Source of the DNA: the human T2T-CHM13v2.0 reference genome, Homo sapiens
Length of the DNA: 64,000 bases
Reading direction: 5' to 3' (one strand)
NCBI RefSeq assembly: GCF_009914755.1
Contig: NC_060932.1
Part shown: piece by piece, positions 27,877 through 43,874 of the stretch
How the letters are laid out: every line of letters starts with the position of its first letter
Numbering within the stretch: position 1 is the stretch's first letter
Position numbers and translations under genes: made by a program
The notes under the pieces: generated by a model
Seen by the model: the letters and a program-made list of their open reading frames with translations, nothing else
Database searches by the model: none
What the model was told of the DNA's origin: nothing

Positions 27877-30800
27877 GGCCAATTTTCTGAAGGGCCTTGG
27901 GAAATTTATTTTTCAGTGTCTTTAGCTTTTTTTTTCTTACTGTAAGATGGGATTAATGACTTCCAAGCTTTTTATGTGTTACAACTGAAACCAGAAGCCT
28001 AATCTTTTAAATGTATACGGTATTATGTGGAATATTTATTCACCTGGATTCTACATCAAACCAAAATTGAAAAGTGAACTATAATTTTTCTTTTCTGTCA
28101 ATCTACAATTTTTCTTGTATTTTCTGCTGACTGAATAAAACAAAATATGTTTCTCCAATGAGAGTTTTCTACATAGACTGATCTGTACAACACCATCTTT
28201 ATATTTTGGCAACATTCACAAATTATTTGGATAGGCTTTTTATTTTGGAAGATTGCCTCCACTCATTCTCTATTACTGTTCCCAAGTTTGGAGCTATACA
28301 TAAAATTATTCTGTTTAAGCTTCCCATGAATGCCACAGATATTTTTATTTTAGTGGAATTGGGGAAAGAGATAGCACCTCTATATTTCCTTTTTAAAGCA
28401 CATACTTTTCATTTAAGAGGTACAGAAATTACCACAATTAGTTCCGTTTTAATGTAATTACTTCTTAAAGATTATAAATAAGAATACAGGATATACTCAT
28501 GGAAAAATATTTAGAGAAAGGAAAATTAGAAAAAGAGAGATTGTAAGTTTATACAATAAATAATATGCAAAATATTTTGAGAATATCTTAATAATTTAAA
28601 TATCATAGTGTCACAGTGTTTGTCATTTCCATTCACTTGTTAACTATTCATATGTACATTTTTGCAGATATTCTTCATTATTCCATCATCATCTCAAACC
28701 TCTTGGGTATAGTGTTTGACTACTACTGTGACCATAAATTCCAATAAAACCTAGGAAAAATGAAACCACTACATTAACTGAAAGGGTAAGCAATAACAAT
28801 AATATTTTCTAACTTCCTTGAATAAGAAGAATCTTGATGATGATTGTTATTTATTAATTCCAGAGAGAAAGGAACAAGCTAGTGAGTCAGGAGAAAGAAT
28901 TATTGCTTATTAAGTTCATTTACTTCAATTGTGAGGAATAGAAAGTTAATGAGATTGAATAGGTGAGTGGCTAATACTTATGGAGAACAAATATTGAAAT
29001 CTTTTAAAAATGATTTTTCAAACTTAAATGGCATAAAATTTGAGAATATCAATACTTTATATGAGTACCAGCATTAATGAGTCCAATTTACTCCCTTAAG
29101 CTTTAGCAAGCTCAAGTCATATATTTTTCATACAGAAAGGATATTATAAGCTCTTCCTTCTGCTGTGTTCTCATAAGTCTCTCTAATACTAGACCTAGGC
29201 CTGTATTGAGTGGAAAACTCAATGTAGACTTCAGAGTTTCCTGAAGAGAAAAGTTCAGGACTTGGTAACCCAGCCTTTAATTTGCATTTGAGCATGATAG
29301 TGTCAAATGCAGAAGGTGATCTTTTTCCACTCCTGAGAACAAAGGTGCTAAGTAAGTAGCCCCAGGTTCTACATTCCTAGAAGTGTCAGATTAGGGATTT
29401 TCCTTCCATTGCTGTGAGGTGACATCTCTCCAACCAACAATAGTAATATGACTCAGAAGAAGAGGAAGTCTCATTTTTCAAGAGGCCAAGATTCTTGGAA
29501 TTGGGGAAGGGAACACTTCCCCAGACTTAAGAATGAGATGCCTGCCTTAGGGCATCCATGTGCCTACAAGAAAAAATTCCTTAGATGACTACCTGCTCTG
29601 CTATCAGAATTGCTGATGTCTCTCTATATTGCTGAATTATGGAAGACAACATTGGAGAAAACTTGTATGGTGGATTCTGCTCAGAAGGGAATAGTCCTCC
29701 ACAACCATGTTCATTATTTTTCTTAACAACCCTTGACTTCTCGGTTTTTGATAGGTCAGGTGGAGCCCACATATACCTGCAGTCCATGCATTGATAGTGA
29801 ATAACACATGAGAATTGAAGCTCCAGTTATGTAAATCAAAAGAAGGCAATAGGAGACAAACTTATGCTTCCAGGAAAATGGAGTAGACATACTTCTCCCA
29901 ATTCTTTCTACTAAGTACAGCTAAAAACCTGGACATTAAATATAAAATAAATGCAAAAATACCCTGAATGTTGGAGAGAAGAAAGCAGACCAAGTAGGTA
30001 CTTTGGATTAAAAAACAACACATTGGTGAGTTCCCTAGGTTTTATTTTTTGTTTTATATATACCAGTTTAGAGGCTGGAGAAGCCAGAACTCCGGAAGTA
30101 CCAACACGTTTAGATGAAGAATGCCCTAACAAAAGCTCTTTCTCGCTTATGTAAGGAGTAGGAGAGGGACAGCCTAGCAAGAGAGAACCTTTAGAAAATA
30201 GTGACTACTTCAACCAAAAACCACGGAAAGAATTGTGGCCCCGCCCCACCCTTGTCAGCAAACATGAGTGGGGAGCCTAGATTTCTACTTTTTCAAGGCT
30301 GTAGCAAAGGGTCCCAACTGTCCCGTTAGGGTGGTGTCAGATAAGGCCATCTGTGCCTGGCATTAATGAGCCCCTTCCCCCTTTCCCACAGGATCAGTGT
30401 ATGTGAGAAGTTTGGATTTCTACCCCCACCTGGCAATAATAAGGTACCCCTTCACTTTCCCACTGAGGTAGTTTCAGAAAAGACCTACTGTAAATATTTT
30501 CACAACTTCCCAGCAGTAAGGAAGTCACACCTCTCCCATGATGTCAGTGGTGACAAAGTATGGAGCACTAATGAAGCACTCCAGCCCACACCAGCCAGGA
30601 AGGTATAAGTGAAGGCTCAGTAAGACACCAGAATTTCCACTTCCACTTAGCAATAACAAAGAGCTTTCCCCATCAGGTGTCAGTGAAAGTTTATGGGGAA
30701 CCTGGACTTCTCTACCCAATTGGCAGTAATGAGGTGGTACCTCCTCTTCTCACCCCAGACTGGTGTCAGAGGAAGACAGCCAAACCAGAAGGTGTAAATA

Positions 30801-31014
30801 AGATCTAAAATCTAATAAAAATGTAAACAATGTTCAGGTTTTAATAAAAACATTACTAATCATTATCAAGAACCAGGAAAGAAATTGAATGAAAAAAGAC
30901 AACAGAGGTCAGCGCTGAAAGACAAATATTAGATTATCTGATAGTTTAAAGCATCCATCATAAAAATGTTTCAATGAGCATTTGCAAGCACATTCGAAGA
31001 AATGAAAAATATAG

Positions 31015-31702
<688 letters not shown>

Positions 31703-32744
31703 CCACATGGACATTCTTCAACTAAAAATATTCAATAAAAGAAGTAAAAACCAAATGGATGGGCTAAAGAACAGAATAGAGAGGACAGAGGAAAAATATC
31801 AATGAAATTGAAGATAGAACGATAGACATTATACAATCTGAACAATAGGGAAATTACACTGAAAAAAAAAAAATGAACAGAGCCTCAGAGACCTGTGAGA
31901 CTAAAACAAAAGGTATAACTTATGTATCACTGAAGTTCTGGAAGGCGAGGAGCCAAAAAGCAGAGCTGATAAAATACTTGAACAAATAATGGCTGAAAAC
32001 TTCCAAAATTTGACAAAAGCAAAGTACTGTAGATTCAAGAAGCTGAGTGCATATCAAATAAGATAAACTCAAGGAAACCACACAAACACATTAGCTTCTG
32101 AAAAATAAAAACAGAGAAAAAATTTTGAAATCAGCAAGAGAGAAAAAACATGGGGGAAAATAACTCAAAGATTTCTTATCAGAAACTATGAAGGTCAGGA
32201 GGCTGTGACACAACATTTTTCAAGTGCTGAAAGAAAAGAACTTTCAGTCCAGAATCCAACATTAAGTGGAGCTATCCTTCAAGAATGAAGGGGACACCAA
32301 TGCATTCTCAGATAAAGAAAAAATTAAAGAATTTGTCATCAGGAAACCTATCCTAAAAGAATGTTTAAAGAAAATTCTCTAAACAGAAAGAAAACAATAA
32401 CAAATGAAATATAAAATCAAGGAGGAATAAGGAAATGGCAGCAAAAATGGCTAAATTTAATGTACTTTCCCTTCTAAATTATGGTTGTTGGTTGAAGACA
32501 AATTATAATATTTTCTGATGTGGTTCTCAATATATGTATAGGAAATATTTAAAACAATTTTAAATGGCGAGGATAAATAACTTAAAAAGGGGTAAGTTTT
32601 TATGCTTCACTCATACACCAATATACATTTGACACTAGTTTTTTATAATGTAATACCTGGTGCAACTACTAAAAATTATGTAAAAAGAAATACACTTAAA
32701 AATACTGCAGTTAAATTAAAGTAAAATTGTAAAAAGGGTGATTA

Positions 32745-33128
32745 AACTAAACAACTAAACATACTTCTAGCATATAACCCAGCTGCCATACTCCTTGGTA
32801 TTTACCCAAATAAACTAAAAACTTATGTCCACTCAAGAACCTGCACATTGATGTTTATTTATAATTGCCCAAACTTGGAAGCAACCAAGATGTTTTCTAG
32901 AAGGTGAATGGATAAACAGCAGCAAATTCATACAATAAAATATTATTCAGCATTATAAGCCATCAAGCCATGAAAAACATGGAGAACCCTATTAAGTATA
33001 TTACTAAGTAAAATAAGCTAAATTGAAAAAAGTAGGTACTGTATAACCCCAACTATATAATATCTGGAAAAGGAAAAACTATGTAGCAGTAAACAAAAAT
33101 AACTGGTTGACAGGGATTAAGGGAGAGT
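32745..33128 (+). mobile_element. L1MC 3'-region fragment
   Basis: CTCCTTGGTATTTACCCAAAT...AAACTTGGAAGCAACCAAGATG. Confidence 0.7.
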
Positions 33129-35308
33129 GTTGTTCAAGGGTCAACTATATATAAAAAGTTTTACACCAGGTCCAAGTGGGATTATTCCAGGGATGTAAGG
33201 CTTGTGAAATGTTTTAAAATTATTTAACAAAATATACCATATTAACCAGCTAAAGAAGAAATATTACATGATTATATCACAATCAATGCAGAAAAAAATT
33301 TGATGAAACTCAGTACCTATTTGTGATTTTACAAACTCTTGGAAAAATAGAAATAAAGGGAACTTCCTCATCTTTATAAAGGGCATCTATAAAATACCTA
33401 TGGGAAACATAATAAATAGTGGTGAAAACTCAATGTTTTTCTTCTAAAATTGAGGTTTAATACCATATGGCTACTCTCATCATTCTCATTCAACATGATG
33501 CTAGAAGTTCTAGCCAGTGCAATAAGGCAAGAAAAGGTCAGAAATGAAAAAATACAATTTTTATTTGCGGATAGCATGAATGTCTATGTAGAAAATCCCA
33601 ATGCATCTACATAAAAGCTCCTAGAAATAATAGGTAAATTCAGCAAGTTACAGGATACAAGATAAATATACAAAAATCAGTTATATTTTTAAATACTACC
33701 AATAAACAAATAGACTTTGAAATTAAATATTGATTTCATTTATGCTTGCTCTAAAAATGAAATACTTAAGTGAAATTGAATAACTCATATACAAGATTTT
33801 ATTCTCTACAAAACACTGATTAAAGAAATCAAGAAAGACCTAAATGAATGAGATGTACTATGTTCATGGATTGAAAGACTCAACTTAGTAAGGATCTCAG
33901 TTCTCCTCAAATTGACATACAGAGTTAGTGAAATCACTATCAAATCTCAAAATGTTTTTTAGATACAGACAATTATTCTACAATTTATATAGAGATATAT
34001 GGGTTCTAGAATAACAAAAATCATGACAAATAATATGGCTGGAAGAATCATTTCATTCAATTTGAAGAGTAATTATATAGCTTTCTCTATATAAAATACA
34101 ATGTATATAGAATACATTGTATACAATAACCATGACTGTGTGATATTGGCAGAAAGATAAGACACATAGATTGATGGAACAAAGTAAGGACCCAGAAATA
34201 AACACACACAAACATGCCTAACTGATTTTTGACAAGGTGGAAAAGCACAAAGGTGTAGAAAAGATAGCCTTTCAACAAATAGTGCTGGAGCAATTGGACA
34301 TCTGTAGGCAGAAATATAAACTTTGAGCTATATTTCACATCATATAGAAAGATTAACTCATAATATCAATGTATAAATAAATGTATAGTTTATATACATC
34401 TACAATTTAAAAATATAAAAGTTTTACAGTAAAACTTCAGAGAAAATTTTCAAGATCTAGAGGTAGGCAAAGAGCTCTAAGACTTAACAGAAAAAGCATG
34501 GTCTATTAATATAAAATAAATTGATAAAGTGTAATTAGTCAAAACTAAACATTCTTGCTCTGCAAAATACCCTTCAACAGGATGAAAAACAAGCTACAGA
34601 CTGGGAGAAAATATTTGCAAATGATATTTTTCACAAAGAATTAATATCTAGAATGTATAGGGAACTTTAAAATTCAACCATAGAAACCATGTCATTAATA
34701 ATCCGATTAGAAAATGGGTAAAAAAAACCTGAAGAGATATTTTATAAAACAGGATATAAAAATGGTGGATACACATGAAAAGATGTGCAATCTCACGAAT
34801 CATTTAAAAAATGTACAACAAAACCACAATGAGATAACATCACATACTTATCAGAATCGTTAAGATAAAAGTGAGTGACAAAACCAAATGCTAGTGAGCA
34901 GGCAGAGGAACTAGATTATGCATATACTACTTGTGGCAATGTAAAAATAGTACAGCTACTCTGGTAATGATTTTGACAGTTTCTTCAGTAACCAAACATG
35001 GAGCTACCATATGATTCAGCAATTACACTTCTTAGCATTTATCCTGGAGAAATTAAAGTTTATAATCACACAGAAAAAAAAAGCTTATAGCAGCTTTATT
35101 TGTAAGAGCCAAAAATAGAAATGACCCAGATGTCCTTCAGCTTGCGAATGGTTAAATAATCAGTGGTTTGCATGGAGTACTATTCAGTAACAAAAAGAAA
35201 TGAAGTATTGATACATGCAAAATTTGGATGAAGCTCTACAGAATTATTCTGAGTAAAAAGTCATTCCTGTATAGTTACATAATATGTAATTCCATTTATA
35301 CAATATTA

Positions 35309-36512
35309 TTTTAATTAACATCTTTATATAAAATCCATAAACCACAAAATTCACCCATCTAAAGTATAGAATTCAACGGTTTTAGTATAGCATAGAGTTG
35401 TGCAACCATCGCCAAAATCTAAATTTAGATTATTTTCATCCCTTCATAAAGAAACCCCTTACCCATTAGAAGTCATTCTAATTTTCTTCTCCCAGCCCCT
35501 GAAAACCACGAATCTGCTTTCTGTCTCCACAGATTTACCTATTCCGCACATGTCATGTAAATTGAATCATATGCATGGCCTTTCGTGGCTGGCTTCTTTT
35601 ACTTAACATGAGGTTTTCAAGGTTCATCCTTTTTGTAGCATGTATCCATATGCCATTGAACGTTTCTGGCAAATAATATTCCATTTTATGAATATATCAC
35701 ATATTGTTTATCCATTTATCAGTTGATGGACATTTGAGTTCTTTTTACTTTTTGGCTGTTATGAATATTTGTGTGCAAGTTGCTGTAAACATTTGTGTGC
35801 AAATTTTTGTGTGGATATATTTTTTCCATTTTCCTTGGGTACACAATAAGGAATTTCTTGGTAATATGGTAACAGTATAGTCCGCTTTTTGAGGAACTGC
35901 CAAGCTGTTTTCCAACGTGGCTGCACTATTTATAATCCCACCAGCAATGTGACAGGGCTCTAATTTCTCCACACTTTCATCCACACTTGTTATTATCAGT
36001 CTTTTTCTTATAGCCACCCTAGTGGATATGAAATGGTATCTCTCTGTGATTTCAACATGGATTTAACTAATGGCTAATGATGTTGAGCATTTTTCATGTT
36101 CTTACTGTCCATTTGCAAATCTTATTTGGAGAATTGTCTATTAAGAGTTTTTGCCCATTATAATTGAATTATTTGTCTTTTTACTATCAGGTTTATATAT
36201 TCTGGATACCAGGATTATATTATCAGATCTACTACTTGAAAATATTATCTCCTGTTTTGTGGGTTGTATTTTCACTTTCTTTGTGGTATGATTTGGAGCA
36301 CAAAGTTTTGATTTTGACGAAGCCTCATTTATATATGTTTTTCTTTGTTGCTTGTGCTTTTTGATCTTATAGCTAACCAACCAAGGTCAGCATGGTGCAA
36401 AGAAGTGGTCTACATTTAACATTTTGCAGGTGGATATCCAGTTGTTCCTGCCTCTTTTTTTTGAAAAGACTATTCTGTGCTCATTGAATTGTTTTGGCAT
36501 GCTTATATAAAA
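35309..36512 (-). mobile_element. L1MB-like 3' end inserted into the L1MD 3'UTR
   Basis: AAAATTCACCCATCTAAAGTATAG...GTTGTGCAACCATC; ORFs 35745-36380 resemble the ORF2p C-terminus. Confidence 0.8.
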
Positions 36513-37576
36513 TAATATAACATTCGTGAAGTGATAGAATTATTGAGATGGGTAACAGATTTGTGTTTGCCTGGGGTAGCTGAGGTGGTAGAGACAGGAG
36601 GTAAGTTGGTGTTGCTATTAATACAAAAGGGCACCATGAGAGGGTGGTGATAGAAATGTTCTATGTCTTGATTATATCAATGTCCTGTATTCTGGTTGTG
36701 ATATTGTACTATAATTTTGCAAGTTGCTACCACTGGGTAAGTGGGTAAAGAGTACATGAGCTCTATCTGTATTATTTCTTACAACTGCATACGAATATAA
36801 AATTATTTTAAAATAAACACTTAAAAAAATAATGCACTGGGAGGCTGCTAGCAGGATCAGTTGGAAGATGTTGCCAAATCTTAGAAGTGACCACCAAGAG
36901 TCGCTGAATAATGAGTCCCTCATGAATGAGACAGAAATGCTATTGCTTATTTTCAGAACCTGGTGGTTGTGGCCATTCAAAGGGAGAACTGTACCCTCCT
37001 GGATGGAGTCTGCTCAGTTCTCTGCTTCCCCTTCTCTCTCCACACTCAAAATAGAGCGATTGACAGGAAAAGGTGGGCAGTAGTCTGTGAGAACCGGAGT
37101 ACAACCTCCTTCTACTTCTTGAGCAAATGCAGGATGGACACAATATCTTTGAAATAACTCACGAGACTAAAATTTCAAAATGAACACAGCTGAGTTTAGA
37201 ATCCAAAATGACAGCTTTAATAACTAATGTAACTAAAATATTCTTGATTCTGACTATGATTAAGTAGTGGGAGTCCACTAACCAGGTACATATGGATATA
37301 TTTAACATAGTATCGTAAAATTGGCAGCCATTACTGAAAAACAATGACATAGTTTCATTTCATACTCTAATGAATTGTCTTGCTGAAATAAGTCAGTTGT
37401 ACATTGTAAAAATGATAGAAGAAATTACAGCCAGGACAGAATAGCTGAGAGGATATTTGCATCTTCTACCATAAAACCTTTGTCGTCTCCTGTAGGAGCT
37501 TACTCACTTCTTGGGAGTACTTTATTAACCCCTTGTAAAGGCAGAAATCCCTCTGCTCTTCACCAACCTCTCAGAA

Positions 37577-38165
37577 CAGTAGTTCCTCCCTACCTTCAGT
37601 GGGGGATACATTCCAAGACCCATACTGGATATCTGCAACTGTGGAAGGCACCAAATTGAAATTCTTTTTCACAATTTCATGGGTAGAACATTTGTTCTTA
37701 TCATAGACCTTAGCAACCTCAGCTTATGATTTATTTTCTTTCTGTAGTAAGTGGAGAATTTTCACCTTTTTACTTGAAGGAAGGATTTGACAGCTTCTTT
37801 TGGGCATATCAGAATCGCCAGCATCACTACTCTTGCACTGTGCGGCCATTATTAAGTGAAATAAGGATTACTTGAACACAAGCACTGCAATGCCGCTACA
37901 GTCAATGTGATAACCCAGCTGGTGACTAAGTGACCAAGGACGGGGAGTATCTACAGCGGGGAGACTCTGGAAAAAGGGAGGATTCACATCCAGTGCCACT
38001 GGGGCAGGGCAGAATGAGAGTTCATCATGCTACAAAGAATGGCACAGAATATACGACTTGTGAGTGGATTATCTCTGGAATTTTCTGTTGACTACATTTG
38101 TACTACAGTTGTATGTGGGTAACAAACTGTGGAAAGTGAAACTTCGGGTAAGGGGGAGGCTACCG
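37577..38165 (-). mobile_element. MER44/Tigger7 (TcMar-Tigger) non-autonomous element
   Basis: TIRs CAGTAGTTCCTCCCT / AAGGGGGAGGCTACCG|TA; minus strand carries a decayed transposase start (KSSDAG.SDMPKRS). Confidence 0.85.
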
Positions 38166-38254
38166 TAGATAGCCCAGTATTTCTTATTTTGTGGATTTGT
38201 TTATCTTTCTGCTCACATCCTTTTCCTTCTGCATTACCATTTTAGTAAAAATAG

Positions 38255-38400
38255 ATAGCATCCATTTGGTGTTTAGTATGTTTTTGGCACAGTCGAACAT
38301 TTTACAAACATTATATCATTTAATCTGCATAAAACCTATACAGTAGGTACAACTATTATCCAGTTTTTTAGACAAGGCAAACTGGATCACAGGGAGTTCA
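38255..38400 (-). mobile_element. MIR
   Basis: TCATTTAATCTGCATAAAACCTAT..AGTAGGTAC..TATTATCC...AGACAAGGCAAACTG. Confidence 0.7.
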
Positions 38401-39399
38401 AAACGCCTCTTCCCTTGGTCAAGTTGGGTCATGTAATTGTCAAAGTTAAAACATGCCCCTTAGGAGATGATTTAAAATTCCCTAATTTTTTAGAAGAATC
38501 TTCAGTTTTCCCAGGATAGAACATTTATTGATATGGTAAATATGTGGAAAGACCCACCAACCCCACTCCAATCTTACATTCTTGCCATTAAAAAACAAAC
38601 ATAAAGACTGTTCCCTATGTTTTTTTCTTTAAAATGTATTCTAGGAGTTACAATGACGTGCATTCTAATGGATATGTAGAAGAAATTAAATTTGAGATAT
38701 TTTATAAAATTGTAAGATATGTAACAATATGCACCTTAGTCTAGGACACAAGCCAAAAAAGGTAAAAAATAATGAAGAAAGACTACTTAGAAGCTAATCC
38801 ATTTTTTTATTTTAGGAGAGAGATGAAAGGGGAAAATTGTAATGTGGGGTAATCTCTATCCAATAATCACAGTGTGGTTTCTGAAGAGATGTGTTGGCCT
38901 TTAGTAATGCTAAAATTACAAATGCAGATTTAAAGGCCTCTGCCTTTTATCCACTTTTAAATTTACATAAAGAACAAGTGCAAGATTATTGGAAAAGGGT
39001 CTATGATTGTTATCATAACCAGCAAGGGTAGTTGGAGAGTGGTACAATGATAAGAAGGGCGAAGGTTAAATTGCCGCTAGTAAAGTCTATGCCCGTTACT
39101 GAAGCCAATATTAACTTTGTATTTAACAAAATGAAAATTAAGATGCTACTCTCAGAGAAACCTTGGGGAATATCTACAACATGTTCACCTCTTTAAAATT
39201 TCACTTGTCTGTATAGCTTTCTCTTAAAATCTCATTTAATGTGCTTAGATATACAACCAATACAATATATTATAATGGCATGGAATTTAGTAAGGAACAT
39301 ATGGTATTTCTTTACAATTCACCTGTCTTGGAACTCGAATAAGTTTTTAAAATTAGGTTCTGAAATAATGCCATGGAGAAAGCAAGAACCAAGGCCATT

Positions 39400-40810
39400 T
39401 AGATGAACCCACAACAATTTCCATTTCTACTTAGGAGGTAGAAGCAAAAGGCATCTACCCTTGGGGAAAGGTCAAGGAAGTTGTTGAGGGCCAGCATCCT
39501 ACACTAACACAAAGCAGAGGTCTGTTTCTGCTGGGGTTGAAACAGAAAACACACTTCTTTCCAAAAATCCCCATAGATATAAGGCAGAGTTTACATTCAG
39601 AACAACAAAATTAAGAACACAGTAGATGTCTTCAAAAACTATGTAAAGCAGAAGACAACAAAGTAACATACTTAAGGGACTAAAAATAATCCTATCAACC
39701 CAGATCTCTGAACTCAGAAAAATATCTTTTTAAATATTGAGACAAGTAAATAATTTTTTGCCTCATCAAAGCTGATAGCATTCATTGCCAGCAGACTACA
39801 CAACAGTATATATTAAAGAAAGTTATTAGGTGAAAAGCAAGATATTAATGGCAAAAACGATAATAAATATAAATGACAACTTTTCTACTTTTAATGTCTT
39901 TATAAGATAACTGAGTATGTAAAGCAAAAATTAGTAACAATGTATTATGGGGTTTACAGCATATGTAGAAGTAAATATATGCCAGAAATATCACAAGTGA
40001 TGGAATTGAGGAAATATAAATATAATGTTGATATGTAGATAGCAAATAAGCTATGAAGAGATGCCCAAGAGCATTTATTGTTAGAAAAATGAAGATTAAA
40101 ACCACAATAAGATATCATGGTACACCCACTGGAAAGGTTAAAATTGAAAAGACTGACAATACCAAGACTGGTCGAGGATGCAGGGTGAGCAAAACTCACA
40201 TACTGCTGATGAGATATCAGCAACTTTGCAAACCAGTTTGCCAGACTCTTATACAGTTAAACATACACTTAGCGTAGAAACCAACAATTCTGTTTCTAGG
40301 TCTTTACCCAAGAAGAAAAAAAATTTCTATACAAAAAGCTCTATGTGAATCTTTATAGCAGATTTACTCATAATCAACAACCACTAAACACCACTCAAAT
40401 GTCCTTCAACTGGTGAATGAAAAACCAACTATGGTACATCCATTCAATGTTAACGTTACTTACCAATAAAAAGGAACAAATTACTGATGCATTCAGCAAC
40501 ATGAGTAGATTTCAAAGCATTTTGCTGAGTAAAATACATCAGACACACAGGCTATATATGGTGTCATCTTGTTTATATAACCGGGAAAAAGCAAAACTCT
40601 ATTGTCAGAAATATAATCAGTGGTTACCACAGACTGGGATGGGGGAGAGGTTGACTGCATAGAAGCCCTAGAGGCATAGAAATGCTGTATCTCTTCATTG
40701 TTGTGGTGGTTACATAACTGTATTCATGTGTCAAAACTTATCTATACTTAGGGTGAATTTTGTTGTATATAAGTTATACCTCAATGAAACAGACTAAGAA
40801 AAAAAATAAG
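39400..40810 (+). mobile_element. L1ME fragments (ORF1 region and 3' end)
   Basis: AAAACCACAATAAGATATC...AAATGTCCTTCAACTGGTGAATG...AAGTTATACCTCAATGAA plus A tail. Confidence 0.75.
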
Positions 40811-42372
40811 CCTTCAATATAATTTGGCCTATGCTCTAGGGCAGTGCCTTTTGATCCCCTAATATATGGCAGTATCGTAGGTCAAAAGTTGTTCTCGTTT
40901 GATACGGATTTTCAACAACCCCTAGTAAGATCCTCATTGCATAAACTGCCATGCATGGCTCCATGGCTCCACATGTTTTCATTCTGGAAATTTGTGGAAA
41001 TTTATTATTCTCTATGTTACACCCATGCCTAAGAGAAGGGATGACTCCAGCAGAAGAGAAAGAAAAAGAGGCCAATACTTTTGGCTTAAAACCAGACATG
41101 GACAAAAAAAAATATGGAAAGATATGTGATGAACAAAGCCAGACTGTTTTTCTCAAAATGTTAATCCCAACCTCCTATTCCAAGACTAGATACAGGTTCT
41201 TCAGGTGAAGGGAAGGATGAACCAAGAAGAAAGTGAAGAAAGCTTACAAGCAACTTGCCTAAGAAGGGGCGTCCTCCCTCCATCATTAAAATCTAAGACA
41301 GAGAGGAGATCTGTGTCCCCTTCCCCTGGCTAGCACTCTAATATCTAGCAGGGTCTCAAAGATATCCCATAGCCACAAAGTTGTAGGAAGAAAAAAAATG
41401 TTTACAAAGTATGTTTAGGAAGATTGTCCTGAAATCAGTGTAGGAGCAGGGGAACATCTTCCATGGGCCCTAGAGTGGCTCAAACTTGTCATGGTGAGCC
41501 AACAGTGGTGCAGAGAGGTAATAGGATAGAAAAGTCCCAGCATGATCAAATAGCTGAAGACCAGAAGGGAGAAGGGTGTGCTGATGACTGCTAGCCCATA
41601 GATAACACAAAAACATCAATGGATTCCACGGTATTTCCCCCACTTCCAATCTGAGGTCTTGGCATCACATAAACCCACATAACATAGTATCATCCTAGAG
41701 AAAGTGATGGGGCAGGACCCTAATTTAAGGTTAAACTTCAATCATTCAGTTAATAAGATCTCTCAAACGCAAATTGTGTTGCTGGAGGAATGTGAGAAAA
41801 AATATCCTTTATAGCATACATGAGTATGTAGACTGAACTTTTTACCTACACTAAATTCTTAATTAAGAGTAAGAATCTGAACTACAATGTAAGCACATAC
41901 TGACTTCTTTTAATTCCAAGAATTTTCAACAGAATGTCTGAAAAGTTTTAATTTATATTGTGTCTTCTTACTGGCACACTATTTAAAAAAAATTTATAGA
42001 CAGATCTGCATTACCATCGAGACTCAAAGAAGTTATAAAACCTCTTTAACTTTTTCAGGCCCTTAAAATTAGCTTAAGACAGTGAGTCGTTTCCAGTGTC
42101 TTTATTAGATCTCGTTGAGTCATTTCCAGTTTTTTTACTGGATCTTATTTTTTGATAAGCACAGTCACCATCTCATTTTATGTGCTTTAAAAATACAGTT
42201 TAAATAAAGATAAATCATTTAGAAATCATATGTGTATTTTTCTTCACTAAAGTTTATTTCATCAAAGTTATAATTACTTTTCTGAAAATTTATAGTGTAG
42301 AAACATCATCAAAGTTTTATGCAGAGAGGCATTGAGAGATATATAAATAATCATTATATCACCTTATTTATT

Positions 42373-42400
42373 GTGTGTGTATATATATATATATATATAT
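42373..42400. repeat. (TG)n(TA)n microsatellite
   Basis: Directly visible; abuts the truncated Alu end. Confidence 0.95.
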
Positions 42401-42675
42401 CCAGGCTGGAGTGTGGTGACACGATCATAGCTTACTGTAACTTCCAACTCCTTAGCTCAAGCAATCCTCCCACCTCAGCCTCTTAGCTGGGGTTACAGGC
42501 ATGCAACATTATGCCTAACTAATTTGTTTTTTATTTTGTTTCTTTATTTTTTTTTTAAGAGAGGGGACTCTTGCTGTGTTGCCCAGGCCAATCTTGAAGT
42601 CCTGGCCTCAAGTGACCCTCCTACCTCAGCCTCCCAAAGCAATGGGATTACTGGTACAAGCCACCTCACCTAGCT
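42401..42675 (-). mobile_element. AluJ lacking its 3' end
   Basis: CCAGGCTGGAGTG...ATCATAGCTTACTG...GCCTCCCAAAG. Confidence 0.9.
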
Positions 42676-43874
42676 ATAATTATATTTTGATTCAAATTAC
42701 CACTATGTTTAACTCTGTTGATTTTTAATATTGAAGAAAATGAAAATTACTGTTGTAGAAATTCATGTTACGAGCATGTATTCACAGTGGAATGTCACTT
42801 TTGTCCCTCTCCTGGTTTTGGATATGAGAAATTTCTCATGATCTCAAAGTGTTTCTAAGTTGCTTTTTTCCTAAAGAGAAAAGAAAAAAAGGACAATAGC
42901 CAACTCCCTCAAGAAACCACCATCTCTTGACAACACTAGGGAGGCTGTTTCTGTTGTTGGTGGGTGTTTCCCATTAAGAGTTGGTCTTTATTATCCATCA
43001 CCACTGCCACATGCATCCGCTTACATTCATTGCTGGCTGAAAACGGACTCAGTAGCCAAGATCCCCTTCTTCCTGACTCCTCAAATCTACTCACCTGCCT
43101 GCTTTATGAGGCCCCTGCAGTGCTGGCTGATGATCTCTTTTCAGCTGTTTTCCTGGGCGTTGTAGTTTCTGATTGTTTGTCCTTGCCCAGCCCTGAATGG
43201 TCAGCACAGCTTCTGAACCGGTTGAGAGATCTGAACCAGTGGATCACTCACTATGGCTTCCAGGGAGGTCTCCCTTCCTAGTGATATCTTCCCTGCTTCC
43301 TCAAAAATCACCTTGGTTTCTCTGGCCCTGACCCCAGTCTCCCATCCTTTACCACTATTATTAATTAGAATGTTGACCTATTCATTAAATATAGTATAAG
43401 CAAACATTCATATGTTATGATGACATGATAATGTAAACTCTTAATTATTTTCCAAAATTCTCAATGTTTGAATTAATAGGGGGAAAATAAACAACTAAAA
43501 AAGCATACCATTTTAGTCAAATAATTTTAAGATATTTTGGGAATAAATAGTTGAATTACTATGCAGTTACACTAATAATGATTGTGAACATGTTGGAAAT
43601 GTTTGAGATACAAAATATTCAGTCTAGTTATTTGGAAGATTTTAATAAATGACCTGAATCGACAATGTACTAATCTAATGAGCTATTTGGTGATTGGTTA
43701 TTATGGGTAGGTAGACTGAGTTTGGAAGAGACTGTTAATGATTTCTTATAAGATATAAAGTATTGTCAAGTATTTGTTCTGTTCTAATTTTAATTGAGTG
43801 ACCACTGTATAAAATCCACTCCACAATAAGTGAGCACACAGGAATTCTATATTCATAGGATTATAGTCAATTTA

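Noticed and set aside
40950-41850. Possible ancient LTR sharing GAGAAGGGATG with 60485-60495
   Set aside because: An 11-bp match and general purine-rich character are not enough to name a family or set boundaries without an HMM search.
42964-43281. 105-aa plus-strand ORF
   Set aside because: GTG start, no recognisable homology, and the only strong splice signal is on the opposite strand.
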